64,000 bases of DNA, taken from positions 23,064,001-23,128,000 of the forward strand of contig OX597838.1 of assembly GCA_951406725.2 (NCBI GenBank). The letters run 5' to 3'. Source of the DNA: Octopus vulgaris. Lineage: Eukaryota. The translations under genes were made by a program, and so were the position numbers. Position 1 is the first letter of the stretch. Every line of letters begins with the position of its first letter. This document shows, piece by piece, positions 12,751-25,173 of this stretch. A model generated the notes under the pieces. That model was given only the letters and a program-made list of their open reading frames with translations, was not told the origin of the DNA and searched no databases.

Positions 12751-14768
12751 CTGTTGGAAGACAAAACAGAACACCAATTATGACTTTTCGTTTTCAAAGG
12801 GTTCTACAAATGCTATTTTGAATAAGAATATATGATGAGGCTGAAAAGAGGCTGAAACATGACATCTCCTGGTTTCCTAGTTATCAAAATACGTATAAAC
12901 AGGGTCACACACGGACACAGAAACTCAACTGCATTTGAATGTGGGCAAATATAGTTTGCAGTAGACAGAAATATGCAAGCCGTATGCAAAAAACAAGGTG
13001 TGGCTGTGTGGTAAGAAGCTCGCTTCCCAACCACATGGTTCCAGGTTCAGTCCCACTGTGTGGCAGAATAGGGAAGTGTCTTCTTCTATAGCTCCAGGCT
13101 GATCAAAGCCTTGTGAGTGGATTTGGTAGATGGAAACTGAAAGAAGCCCATTATATATGTGTGAGTGATTGTCTGTGTTTGCCCCCCCCCCATCACCACT
13201 TGACAACCAGTGTTGGTGGGATTATGTCCTTGTAACTAAGCAGTTCGGCAAAAAAGACCAATACAATTAGTAGGATTTTCAAAAATGTCCCTGGGTGGAT
13301 TCATTCAACTGAAATTCAAGGTGGTACTCCAGCATGGCCTCAGTCAAATGACTGAAATAAGTAAAAGAATAAAAACGTGTGCACACACACACCAGACTTA
13401 ACCCTTTTCAATCCAATTACTGTCAAAACAGAATGGTTATTTAATTCATATTGTTTTGGATTCACCATGCATGTGTAAGGAGTTTGTTCCCCAACCACAT
13501 GGTTCCAGATTCAGTCCCACTGTGTGGCCCCTTGGGCAGGTGTCTTCTGCTATAGCTTCGGCCTGACCAAAGCCTTTTGAGTGTATTCAGTAGACGGAAA
13601 CTGAAAGAAGCCCAATGTGTGTGTGTATCTTTGTGTCTGTGCTTATCCTCCACCACTGCTTGACAACCAGTGATGGTATATTTTTAGAATGACATTGTAG
13701 GGAAGGTGTGAGAGGCTGGATCTGACTAGTTTAAACATTAACCCTTCTGCATCCCTATTTCTTTGCCAAATTGTTTTGAATTAATCATGCATTATCTTGT
13801 AACTTCAAGATTTCAATGGTGCATTTCTATATTTTTAGAATGACATTGCAGGGTAGGTGTGAGAGATTGGATCTGGTCAGTTTGACCATAAAACAGGTAA
13901 AATATTTAGGCCAGATATGGCTGGATGCTATAGGGTAATGTACCATTACCCTATAGTACATTATTATAGGGTAATACTATGGGGTGTGTTCTAAAATATT
14001 TCCTGAATATTCACTGATGAAATTAGGGTTAGGGTATATAATTAATTGCAAGGCTTGATAGAAATAGTCATATAATCTTCCTCAAACATACACACAGTAA
14101 CTTCATATTCAGTGAGGTACATCTAGAGAAGATATGTCTGACTAGTATTATAACCTGATTCCATTCAGGTCTACTCGGGCCACATTTTAAAGATGAGAAA
14201 TTTTTTTAAAAAAAACGAAAATTTTATCAAAAAATAAAAAGAAAATGAGAGCAAAAAGCACTCGTTTTTTTCACAATGAAAAATCGTTTCCTAGTAGCCG
14301 GAATTTCACGACAAAATGTATGATTACTAAGCACAACAGCCTGCAGTGCATGCCGCTGGGCATAAAAAGCCAATCATACAAACCTAGAGGGGCTCTGGGA
14401 CCCCTTGAATCAAAAAAAAAAATCACTTTTTTTGCCATAGCAATCACATCTTTATAGCTTGCGAATTTTAACCATCACGGGTCTCATCCTCACCACGCAT
14501 TTAGTATCCCTGCCAATTTTCAGCTTGATCCTAGCCTCGGTTTGGCCACCATTAACCATCGAAGCAAAATGTGCATACAATTTTCGTCCAAGGACTGTTT
14601 TATAGATATAGATGATAAACTAAGAAGGAGCGGTCGTCAATGGGATACCTTTGGTCACACAGCAGTCCTGTTTGAGCCAGCCTAGGGCAAAACAATAACA
14701 ACAAGCAAACGAACAGGCACAACAGATTACAGTGTAAAATGATAATGATAAATGATGGGGATACAAAC

Positions 14769-14841
14769 TTTCATCATTCTCCCTTCGATCAACTTCATCG
14801 TAAACGTCCATTGCAAGTTCTTCAAACAAATTGTTGGGAAG
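14769..14841 (-). CDS. GIT: GIT exon, Spa2-homology repeat 1: LPNNLFEELAMDVYDEVDRRENDE
   Basis: tctcag|CTT ... A|gtttgt, 73 nt; FEELAMDVYDEVDRRE signature. Confidence 0.96.
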
Positions 14842-15691
14842 CTGAGAAGAAGAGAAACGAAATATTTTGGTAAAGTGTAAATAGTATAAAGGTTTAGTGT
14901 TGCGATGTGGGTGGAGTGTTTGTGTGTGTGAGCTGGGAGCAGATTGAGATAGAGGCGGTGCGCTGGCAGAAACGTTAGCATGCCGGGCGATATCGTCTGT
15001 CTTTACGTTCTGAGTTCAAATTCCGCCGAGGTCGACTTTACCTTTCATCCTTTCGGAGTCGATAAATTAAGTACCAGTTACGCACTGGAGTCGATGTAAT
15101 CGACTTAATCCGTTTGTCTGTCCTTGTTTGTCCCCTCTATGTTTAGCCCCTTGTGGGTAATAAAGAAACAGGTTAGGTGGGGGGAAAGACAGAGACAAGA
15201 GGTGGAAGGACAATCTGATAGAGAGAGAAGGAAAATGTGAATAGAAAAGGAGAGAATATATGTGCATATTGGTTTCAAATTCTAGCACAAGGCCACTTTA
15301 AAGTGAAGTCTTGAACTTGGTAATGGTTTCAGATTTTGGCACAAGGCCAGCAATCTTGGGATTGCTGAGTCCTGAGGTTTTGAAATAAAAAGAAGTACAG
15401 GTGCAGGAATGGCAGTGTAGTTACAAGTTTGCTTCCCAACACAGGGTTAAGGGTTCAGTCCCACTGCATGGCACCTTGGGCAAATGTCTTCTACCTGTAA
15501 CCCCAGGCTGACAAAAGCCTTGTGGGTGGATTTGGCAGTGGGGAAAAAAGAGACCAACAACAGAATAAGTAATTGACTTCTAAAAAAAAAAACAAATAAG
15601 TACAGGGGCTGATTTGTACGACTAAAACCCTTTGAGGCAGTGCCCCAGCGCGGCCACAGTCAAATGACTGAAACGAATAAAAGATACTCAC

Positions 15692-15743
15692 GGCTTGTAA
15701 CATTTTCTTTGCCTCCTTTGCTAACTCGGAAATATCCAGACTG
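15692..15743 (-). CDS. GIT: GIT exon, start of Spa2-homology region: SLDISELAKEAKKMLQA
   Basis: ttgcag|CAG ... GCC|gtgagt, 52 nt; tandem CAGCAG acceptor. Confidence 0.93.
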
Positions 15744-16962
15744 CTGCAATGACAAAATAAGGGACCAGGTTGTTAACAGCTGACAAAATAAGGAAACATT
15801 AAAAGGATTTGCAAACATGAAGAGGATAAATATAGAGGAGATGAACTAATTACAATTAAGAGATAATGGTTAGAGAGGCAAAAATCTCTCACTAAATTTT
15901 ATATATATATATAAAATCATTATATTTTAAATTATACATACATTTATGTTATGTATTTACATATAGTTTTGATTATATCTACATATCTATATAACTATGC
16001 CTATAACTATACATATGTGTGTGTGTGTGTGTATAATATCCTTACATATATATAAATATATATGTATATAACAATTTAGCTAGGTGTAAAAAACTACCTA
16101 AGGGATATGAAATATCTGAAGAATTTACTGGTTTTTATTACCTATATCTTTAACAATGTTATTCTAATAGGTAAATAGATAAAAAAATAAGCATACAGTT
16201 TAATATATAAATAAGAAATGGAAAACAAAACAATAAACTGATCTATTATAAATTCAATTCAATTTAAATATTTTAGACAAAACAAATGACACATCTCATA
16301 AATATGCGTCATTTGTTTGTCTAAAATATTTAAATTGAATTGAATTTATAATAGATCGATTTGTTGTTTTGTTCTCCATTTCTTATTCATATATATATAT
16401 ATATAAATATGATAAAAATTATATACTTTGAATTGTATGTACATTTATGTTTGTGTATATATTTTAGATGAAATCTATATAAACATTTGTATATATATCT
16501 ATAACCGTGTGTGTGTGTAAAATCTTAATATATATCATCATCATTATTATCGTTTTGACGTCCACTATCCATGCTGGCATAGGTTGGACAGTCCAACAGG
16601 AGTTGACCAGGTAGAAGAACTGTCCAACCCATGTCAGCATGGATGGTGGACGTCAAACGATAATGATGCTGATGATATATAATGCGATTTTATACACACA
16701 TACACACTGGCTGCGAGTATTTTGGTTAATTGTTGATTATTGCTTAAATATGTGATTTGTGTCCTACATTCAATTCTAATTTAGTATTTGAAATATAAAC
16801 CCATTTTTTTTTCTTTAAAAAAAAAAAAACTTTAGAATTATCTTCCCCTTGACAATCAGTTTCTTTGAGCAAAAACTCTTTTATTCTCTAACTAGCCTCA
16901 GCCCAATAGCTGCAGCCATGCTGGGGCACCACCATATTCATTCTTCTTAGATAAACATAATA

Positions 16963-17196
16963 CCTATTTCTTTACTATCCACAAGGGGCTAAACACAGAG
17001 AGGACAAACAAGGACAGACAAACGGATTAAGTCGATTATATCGACCCCAGTGCGTAACTGGTACTTATTTAATCGACCCCGAAAAGATGAAAGGCAAAGT
17101 CGACCTTGGCGGAATTTGAACTCACAACGTAGCGGCAGACGAAATACCGCTTAGCATTTCGCCCGACGTGCTAACGTTTCTGCCAGCTCGCCGCCT
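16963..17196 (-). mobile_element. SINE family B representative (copies at ~14952-15170 +, 17600-18060 +, 21300-21535 -, 26790-27000 -, 28686-28890 -)
   Basis: GGCGGCGAGCTGGCAGAAACGTTAGC head, GAGTTCAAATTCC B box, conserved body ending AAAGAAATA. Confidence 0.88.
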
Positions 17197-18250
17197 ATAA
17201 ACATAATACCGTATTTGATACCATATAAGACACACTTTTATTCTCGAAAAAAAAAAAGGTCAAAAAAAAAAAATCACCCTAGGTCCTAAATGCAAAGCAG
17301 AACCCAAACAGCTTTAAACATTGCATGCTTTAATGCACCCAAAACTTTTTTTCCAGAATATACAGCTGAAATTCAGGTGCATCTAATGTCTGCGTCTCTT
17401 TTATACCATCAAATATGGTACTTAGAACATCCTTAATAAATATCATACACTAAATTAATTTTATTTCATTTTTTAAAATTTACATACTAAGAGTTATTTT
17501 TCTGTATTCTTATTGGCTGCTGTGATCATCATCATCATCGTCATCATTAAGAGCGGCAGCAGTCAAGTGCTAATCCATTACCTCCACTCGATCATTTTCA
17601 AGGTGGCAAGCTGGCAGAACCATTAGCATGCCAGGCGAAATGATTAGCGGTATTTCACCCACCGCTACAATCCGAGTTCAAATTCTGCTGAGGTCGACTT
17701 TGGCTTTAATCCTTTCGGGGACAATAAATTAAGTAACAGTGAAATACTAGGGTTGATGTAATCAACTAGTCTACTCCCCCAAATTTTCAGGCCTTGTACC
17801 TTTAACAGAAAGAGAAAGGATTATTATTATTATTAAGGTGGTGAGCTAGCAGAATGGTTACCATGCCAAACAAAATGCTTGGCAGCATTTCGTCTCTCTT
17901 CACATTCTGAGTTCAAATTCCACTGAGGTCGACTTTGCCTTTCATCTTTTCAGGGCCAATGAAATAAGTACCAGTTTAGCACTGGGGTCGATTTAATCGA
18001 CTTATCCTCCCACCCCCACCCAACCCCGAACTTGCTGGCCTTGTGTTAAAATTTGAAACCATTATCATCAGTATTTCTGGAAATAACGCTGTCAAGGGGC
18101 AGATAATTCCGTATAGTACTAAAATAGCTGTCCATGTATGATGGAGTTCAGAAACAACACGTAAGCATTTTTACTCTTAAATAAATCCTAGATACATCAC
18201 ACGATACAACTCACTCCTACGACACAATAGCATAACCGAAACCTACTCAC

Positions 18251-18304
18251 CCCATCGGTAACGTCACATCTATCTGTGTAAGACATATCCTATGTAATAG
18301 ATAT
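18251..18304 (-). CDS. GIT: Candidate alternative cassette exon of GIT: (R)YLLHRICLTQIDVTLPM(G)
   Basis: cacttcag acceptor, consensus GG|gtgagt donor, 54 nt, phase 2-2 in a phase-2 intron, no stop. Confidence 0.4.
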
Positions 18305-18649
18305 CTGAAGTGTAACTCGCAACAATACACATCTATGCAATGGATTAATGTAAGGCAGATTTCAGGCATCTACTACATGGGAGATAACTCACACCTACAA
18401 ACACTAGCGGTCAAAACCAATACACAGTGCAATACACAAATCAAATCCGAAAAAGGAATATCTCAAAGCTACATGCAGTGTGTGTATGTGTGTGTGTCTG
18501 TGTATATGTGTTTGTGTGTGTGTGTGTGTAAACTTTTACAAGATGTTGTGGGTGACGATGTCTTTGACGTTTCGGTCGGTTATCCTTCATCAGACTGGTA
18601 TATTTGGGTTCGTCTTGCTTTCATGCAATCGCTGGTAAGTTGCCAGCAG

Positions 18650-18930
18650 CAGCTGACCATTGAGGAACCAAGTCCAGCAGTACAGACTACAGTGCTTTGG
18701 CCACGTCTGCAGGATGAACACTGGAAGACCACCACACCGGCTTTTGTGGTGGCAGCAATCCATGCACTGGAGAATCCAGTACAGTGCACCATACAAGACA
18801 TGGGCGAAACAAACTGAGGAAGATCTGAAGTCTTGGCACCTCAATCTCAAGGTCAGTACCATGGATTGGAAAGCATAGAATAACATCATCAGAGTCCATC
18901 ATCCAGCAGCACCCATACAAGCATATTGGT
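18650..18930 (+). mobile_element. RTE-like LINE ORF2 3' fragment
   Basis: RLQCFGHVCRM..RPPHRLL..KTW..EEDLK resembles the RLxWxGHVxRM motif of RTE elements. Confidence 0.75.
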
Positions 18931-19120
18931 TGAGAGGACAGCCTCCCGCTCCAGTCACCAGTTAGGGATTCGGGAAGTTGTTATATAGTCTGCAGTGAGT
19001 CTCTGGAAAGGTTCTATACCAAGCTAAAACAAACCCAAATGTATCACAGTCTGATGAAGTCTAGCAGCTTGAGACTTCAAAGTCACTGTCAATCCTCTTC
19101 AAGTAAAAGTCTAATAAATA

Positions 19121-19420
19121 TACATCATTTACATTTGATGGATATTTGTCCTCATCTTGTTTGTTGTTAACACAACGTTTCGGCTGATATACCCTCCAGC
19201 CTTCATCAGGTGTCTTGGGGAAATTTTGAACCTGGGTTCACATTCCTAAGATAGTTTTTGATATTATTATTATTATTTTTATTCAAGTCCCTGCCTGGAA
19301 TCGAACTCGGAATCATGGGGTTAGTAGCCCATGCTCTTAACTACTACGCCATAAGATGAAGACAAATATCCATCAAATGTAAATAATGTACATAATTCCT
19401 CATTTCTTAAATATAGAACT
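19121..19420 (-). mobile_element. Non-autonomous retroelement: tRNA-like head + hammerhead + inverted 3'-end duplication
   Basis: A box TGGCGTAGTAG and B box GTTCGATTC (head 19286-19352), hammerhead 19169-19214, 38-bp inverted repeat 19121-19158/19353-19390. Right boundary is approximate. Confidence 0.8.
19169..19214 (-). ncRNA. Minimal type I hammerhead ribozyme motif (Penelope-like-element type)
   Basis: GACAC-CUGAUGA-A-GGCUGG-AGGGUAUA-UCAGCC-GAAAC-GUU-GUGUU: full core, 5-bp stem I, 6-bp stem II, palindromic AACGUU stem III. Confidence 0.85.
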
Positions 19421-20941
19421 AAATATGTTCTCTACAAAAAAGTATTCAGTAATTTCTTTAGTTTAATGTAAAACTGTTTTTTATTAGAACTTCACATCAA
19501 AACAAACATTAATATCTACGTCTATGTACTTATATTTACCACGTCTATGCAAGGTAATGCTTCACACCTAATTACATAGTCATAATGAATACACCACTGA
19601 ATGCCATACCCATGCGTAATGTATTTCGTATGACAACATGCTGTGGGCACATTTCAGCAGAAAATAAAAACAAACAACAAATCAATCAAAAAAAGAGATA
19701 AAAACATGAACAGATGTTGCACCGTCAAAACTCGTGCAACGTAACTCACTGCACAACAGACGTGGATGGAGGTGGTGAGGAGGAGCTGGGTGGATAGGGG
19801 TCGGAATATGGAATATGGAAGAGAAGGTTTCAATAAACATGCAATAAAAATATTCCTGTATGGGGGGAGAGAGAGAGAGAGAGTGTGTGTTGTACATATG
19901 CATACACGTAAATTAGGACCCTAATTTAGCATCCACTCTTCCATGCTTGCCAACCCTCACCTAGTTTCCAAGCAACGGTGGACCAGACAGGTTCTCACAG
20001 AACACAAGAAACGAATGACACCGCTTGTGTAACAGTGACACTAATTTACAACGATCCCACAAAGTCAAGACAAGGACACGGACACACACACACACGCATG
20101 CACACAACAGGCTTCTTTCAGTTTCCATCTATCAAATCCACTCAAAAGGCTTTGTTTGGCCCAGGAGGGAGAGTTATATTAGAAGACACTTACCCAAAGT
20201 GCCACACAGTAGGAGAGAACCCAAAACCACATGGTTAGGAAGCAGATTTCTTATCACATAGCCAATGGACACTTCATCATTCATTAAATGTGTCCAGTTG
20301 TTTGGTCAATGAAATGGAACTGCCAACACAATGTATTATAGTAAATGGTTGAGTATTCCACAGACATTAATACACCCTTCCATGTAATCCTCAGACACAA
20401 TCAGTGTTGATGAGGTTGGGTCCTTAGTAGTACGTGTACAGTCCAGCTTACAGACTGGTATTCCATCAGCTATGATGGTGACGGTCCCAGTTGATCCAAT
20501 CAACAGAACAGCCTGCTCGTATAATTCAAACACAAGTGGCTGAGTACTCCACAGACACGTGTACCCTTCACTCAGTTCTCTGGGTAGATTCACCATGACA
20601 GAAAATGTGACAAGGCCGGTTCGTTGAATTAAAGCTACAATGCATTTTATGCCAGTGGAGTAGACTGGAGCAATGTAAAATAAAGTGTCTTGCCCAAGGA
20701 CACAATGTGTCACCAGGAATTGAACTCATGGCCTATACATATAATTCTGCATGGTTGTGTTCCAATGCATATATAAAAACAAACATACAATCACTCAAGA
20801 ACTTTATATACACAAACATTTATATTAAAATTGCCACATGAACATATGCATATATACAAATATTCATGCACATAAAAGTGTGTATGTAAATGTGTGCATG
20901 CACATGCACACATCTATATACATTCAGAAAAATGTGAATGC

Positions 20942-20974
<33 letters not shown>

Positions 20975-21533
20975 TACATATTCCCAAACGAATTTGCATC
21001 CACATACATGCTACGATATGTGTGTGTATTGTGTATGTATGTATATATACATATATATATACACACAGGCACACACACACACACACACACTTTTTTTTCT
21101 ACATGTCTACACACATAAACAATGAATACACACATACAGATGTATGAATGTGGCATGTGCATGTATGCATGTATTAACATTTAACTCCATTCAATGAAAT
21201 TATCAGACATGCTGCCAAGAAAAGAATCACAAAGTGTATTATTTTATATATATATTATATATATATACATATATATACACTTATATACAATATATATATA
21301 TTTCTTTACTGCCCACAAAGGGCTAAACATAGAGGGGACAGACAAACAAGGACAGACAAAGGGATTAAGTCGATTACATCGACCCCAGTGCGTAACTAGT
21401 ACTTTATTTATCGACCCCCGAAAGGATGAAAGGCAAAGTCGACCTCGGCGGAATTTGAACTCAGAACGTAACGGCGGACGAAATACGGCAACGCATTTCA
21501 CCCGACGCGCTAACGTGTCTGCCAGCTCACCGC

Positions 21534-21574
<41 letters not shown>

Positions 21575-23312
21575 ATATATACACTTATATACAATATATA
21601 TATACACACACATACACATATGCCCACACACACAACATTCCGGTGTGAAACACGCAAGTCAAACAAAAAAAGTTACACAAAAAAAAAGAACCCAAAAAAT
21701 CCAAAAAGCTTCCCCCCCACTTCCACTGCCATCTATGAAAAAACAAATGAAGATAGAATGAGTATATAACATTTGAGATGGTTTTCACACACACGCACAT
21801 ACCGCTTTCATTACAATCTTTGTATATGTTTGTGTGTCTATCTATGTAGACAAATCCAACTGCACATGAATCCATGTACACACACACATATACACAGAGA
21901 AGCAATGACCTTGAAACAAATGCTTGCAACGGCTATGAAACACCAGACCAGCAAGAGGAGATAACTGGAGATATAGCTGGTGGGGGGTGCTTGTCTCCCC
22001 TTCGCAAATATAAGGACACAGGAAACATGTCAAAGCCGACAGGAAGTGTCGATGCTTCCTAGGGCTAAATAGCAGTGGTGTGATTCCCTTTATGGGACTG
22101 TCACGTTAAGTTGACAGCATACAACCGCTCTATCGTTCCACCACGGCTCATATCTCTCAGAGATATTTAGAAATTTAATATTTCTAATTTTGATGTATTT
22201 AATAAACACTGGAAGACTATAGACATTATTTGTGTTTGCTGATGTGCATAGAAATAAACACACACACGTGTCTAAGGATGTATGACATCACGGCACACAC
22301 TTGACACATATACTTTTCTACTGTGGGCACAAGGCCCCAAAATTTTGGGGGAGGGGGCCAGTTGATTAGATTGATCACAGTATGCAACTGGTACTTTATC
22401 AACCCCGAAAGGATGAAAGGCAAAGTCGGTGTGTGTGTGGGGAGGAATCTTTGATGAAATGCCATGTCCTGTTGTGGAATACCCAACAGCAGACAAAGTG
22501 TGGCACCGTTTCAGTTACTGGCAGAGAAAAGAGAAGAGGGGAAGGAGAGTAAGTAGGGGAGGGAGAGAGAGAGTGTGTGAGAGAGAGAGATGAAACAGGG
22601 AAAGATATAAAAAGAAAAAAATGGATTTAACTTTAAAAGGAATTTCTGTTGTGTGCTTGTATTTGTGTGTTTATGCCTGGGTGTGTACGTATATCAGCAT
22701 GTGTGTGTGTATGTCAGTGTCTGCATGTATGTCTGTGCATGTGATTATCTGTTTATGTACATGTCCACATGTGTATGTGTATGTCCACGTGTATGCAGGT
22801 CTGTGTATGTGTGTACATGTCCATGTATGTGTGTACACGTCTGTGCATGTGTTTGCGTGCATGCCCACGCATGTGCGTGCATGTCCGCACATCTGCGTGC
22901 ATGTCTGTGCAAATATTCACATGTGTGCATGTACATGTCCACACGTATGCGCACATGTCCACATATGTGTGTTTGCATGTCTGTGTATGTGTGCATGCAT
23001 GTCTGCGTGTGCGTGCATGTCCATTTTGTGTATGAGCATATCTGCATGTGTGTGCATGCATGCCTGCACACACACACGCATATGCATGTCTGCATGTACA
23101 TAGGGACACATCTGTGCAGTCATTTTGTTCTATGTTCACATGTATTTGTGCACGCACACATGTGTATGTGAACCTGTGAAGGTATGTCAGTGTGAATGTA
23201 TGTACAAACATGCATATACACATGTGAATGCATGCATATGACTGTTTGTCATACATGTTGACATGTATAAATGTGAATGTATTTATGCATGTATGACCAT
23301 ATGACTCTATAT

Positions 23313-23600
23313 CAGTGGTTCCCAAAGTGGGCAGTACTGCCCCCTTGGGGGTGGGTGGAAAGATCCAGGGGTCATTAAAGAAAAGTGGGATGATAATGGG
23401 GTGGTCAAAATGGGGTGATATATGTAGAAAAAATATATTAATAGTTTAATTAGGTTTAAGTTTTATTAGTGAAATACAGTTGTTCTGAATTTGCTGCAGA
23501 AAGTGGACTATATTTGTGGTGAGGAGGGTGAGGGGGGGGCACTAACAATGTGGCCTGGGTGCCAAGGGGGCTGCAGCCGGAAAAAGTTTGGGAACCACTG
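23313..23600. mobile_element. hAT-type MITE
   Basis: TIRs CAGTGGTTCCCAAA/TTTGGGAACCACTG; 8-bp TSD ctctatat/ctctacat. Confidence 0.88.
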
Positions 23601-23705
23601 CTCTACATGAATGTAGGTGTGTGCCTGTAATATATATGCCCATGTTGCTGTGTTTATGTGGACAGATACATGTGTGCATATGCATGAGTTTATGTAGTGT
23701 ATATG

Positions 23706-23764
<59 letters not shown>

Positions 23765-23920
23765 ATACATGTATGTATGTAGAGATGAGAGAAAGCTTAG
23801 AAGTTGGCAGTGAGTGGCAGCGATAAGCAAAAAAAAAAAGGGTGAATAATAAAAATGATAATAAAAAAAAAGATGCATTCTTACTGTCGATTGCCCCTAG
23901 CAGAAGGGAAATCTACCAAC

Positions 23921-23966
23921 CTGTCAGCCATCTCTGGGATGATGAAGTGATGGTTACTACGATGAT
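23921..23966 (-). CDS. GIT: GIT exon: (D)HRSNHHFIIPEMAD(S)
   Basis: ccccag|AT ... AG|gttggt, 46 nt, phase 1 to 2; HFIIPxMAD motif. Confidence 0.92.
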
Positions 23967-24154
23967 CTGGGGAGGAAGACAGAGAGGAAAAGAAATACAA
24001 AATGCATTGACTACTTGCACGTTTCAATACATACACACGTATATATATCTAGATGCACATACAAACATGGTGTTTCTTATGTGTACAAATAGACGCACAA
24101 CTGTCACTGTTATGTTTAGAACTCCGTGTAGGTTATCGTTGTCCAGTGTATATA

Positions 24155-24189
<35 letters not shown>

Positions 24190-24193
<4 letters not shown>

Positions 24194-24727
24194 GTTGTCC
24201 GGAAAGTTCGTGCCGATTTTTAAAGGAAAGAAAAAGGTCAATAAATACTTGCCATTACATTTTTAATCAACCAAATATGAACCATTTTGTTGCACAATGC
24301 GTCTCCATCTTTCCTTTAACTTGTTTCATAGCAAAATAATTCATTGAGGTATCTTTTTACATCATCCACGGAATTGAAATTTTTACCATTAAGACTATTC
24401 TGCAGAGACCTGAATAAGTGGAAATCCGAAGGAGCAATATCTGGTGAATATGGAGGGTGGGATAACACATCCCAGCCGAGCTGCAGCAATTTTTGTCTGG
24501 TTCCCAAAGCATCAAGTGCTGAAAATGAACTTTCTTATCTTCGATTTTAAAGGGTTACAGAATTAACACAGGTTACAGGAACATAAACCTTCTTCCGCGA
24601 AAAGATAGCTTAAACTGTGCTCTAAATGGAGGTGCAGTCAAATCCTATTTTATGGACTCAACCATGTTCTAAAATAAGTCGAAAGGTAAGCGACTATAAA
24701 TCGGCGAGAACTTTCCAGACAACCCAA
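24190..24727 (-). mobile_element. Internally deleted mariner (Tc1/mariner) transposon
   Basis: ~30-bp TIRs TTGGGTTGTCCGGAAAGTTC.../...GAACTTTCCAGACAACCCAA flanked by TA. Transposase C-terminus HPPYSPDIAPSDFHLF is joined directly to a short N-terminal remnant. Confidence 0.93.
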
Positions 24728-25003
24728 TATATTACTTCTGAATATGTTGTGTCCCAGCAAATGGTTAAGTCTTTAAAACAGATGCAAACACATTGTTACT
24801 TTGTTTGTAAGCATTAAAAGAAAAAGAAAAAGACAGAAAAACTTATTGGTCCCTGGTGTCAGACAAATACCCTGTCTTATTCCTATCTACAAAAGGAGCT
24901 CTTAGGAAATGGTTATTCACATCAAACATAAACTAACACCTCTCCTTAATCTCACCTACAGCATGGGAAGCAGGACTAAGGAGCGATGTTAGCTTGTACA
25001 TAC

Positions 25004-25098
25004 CTGGTTTCCTGCGACATACAAAGTAGGTGAGTCTGTCAGTCAACTCATACTGGCACTCTATCAAACGGTTGGCAAGATCTGTGTACTTCTCCTCC
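25004..25098 (-). CDS. GIT: GIT exon: EEKYTDLANRLIECQYELTDRLTYFVCRRKP
   Basis: ctacag|G ... CCA G|gtatgt, 95 nt; ECQYELTDRL GIT signature. Confidence 0.96.
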
Positions 25099-25142
25099 CT
25101 GTAGGTCGAGAAAGGGAAGAATGAAATATAAGCGTTTTAGAA

Positions 25143-25173
<31 letters not shown>

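Noticed and set aside
19286-19352. Functional tRNA gene (also SINE heads near 34000 and 35000)
   Set aside because: Acceptor and anticodon stems are incomplete and each head runs into a repeat body.
22040-22100. Intronic muscle enhancer (ETS, MEF2-like, CArG-like motifs)
   Set aside because: The MEF2 and CArG matches are imperfect and expected by chance; no conservation data.
22480-22540. Poison exon in GIT (CTGCCAG|TAACTGA)
   Set aside because: The pyrimidine tract is just the complement of a GA-rich repeat and the donor is weak; insufficient support.
20820-23325. Many Cys/Val/His/Thr/Tyr/Ile-rich ORFs here and throughout the track
   Set aside because: Translations of (TG)n, (CA)n and (TA)n microsatellites.
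24316-24507. Active or domesticated mariner transposase
   Set aside because: Most of the ORF is deleted, the start codon is lost and the frame is disrupted.
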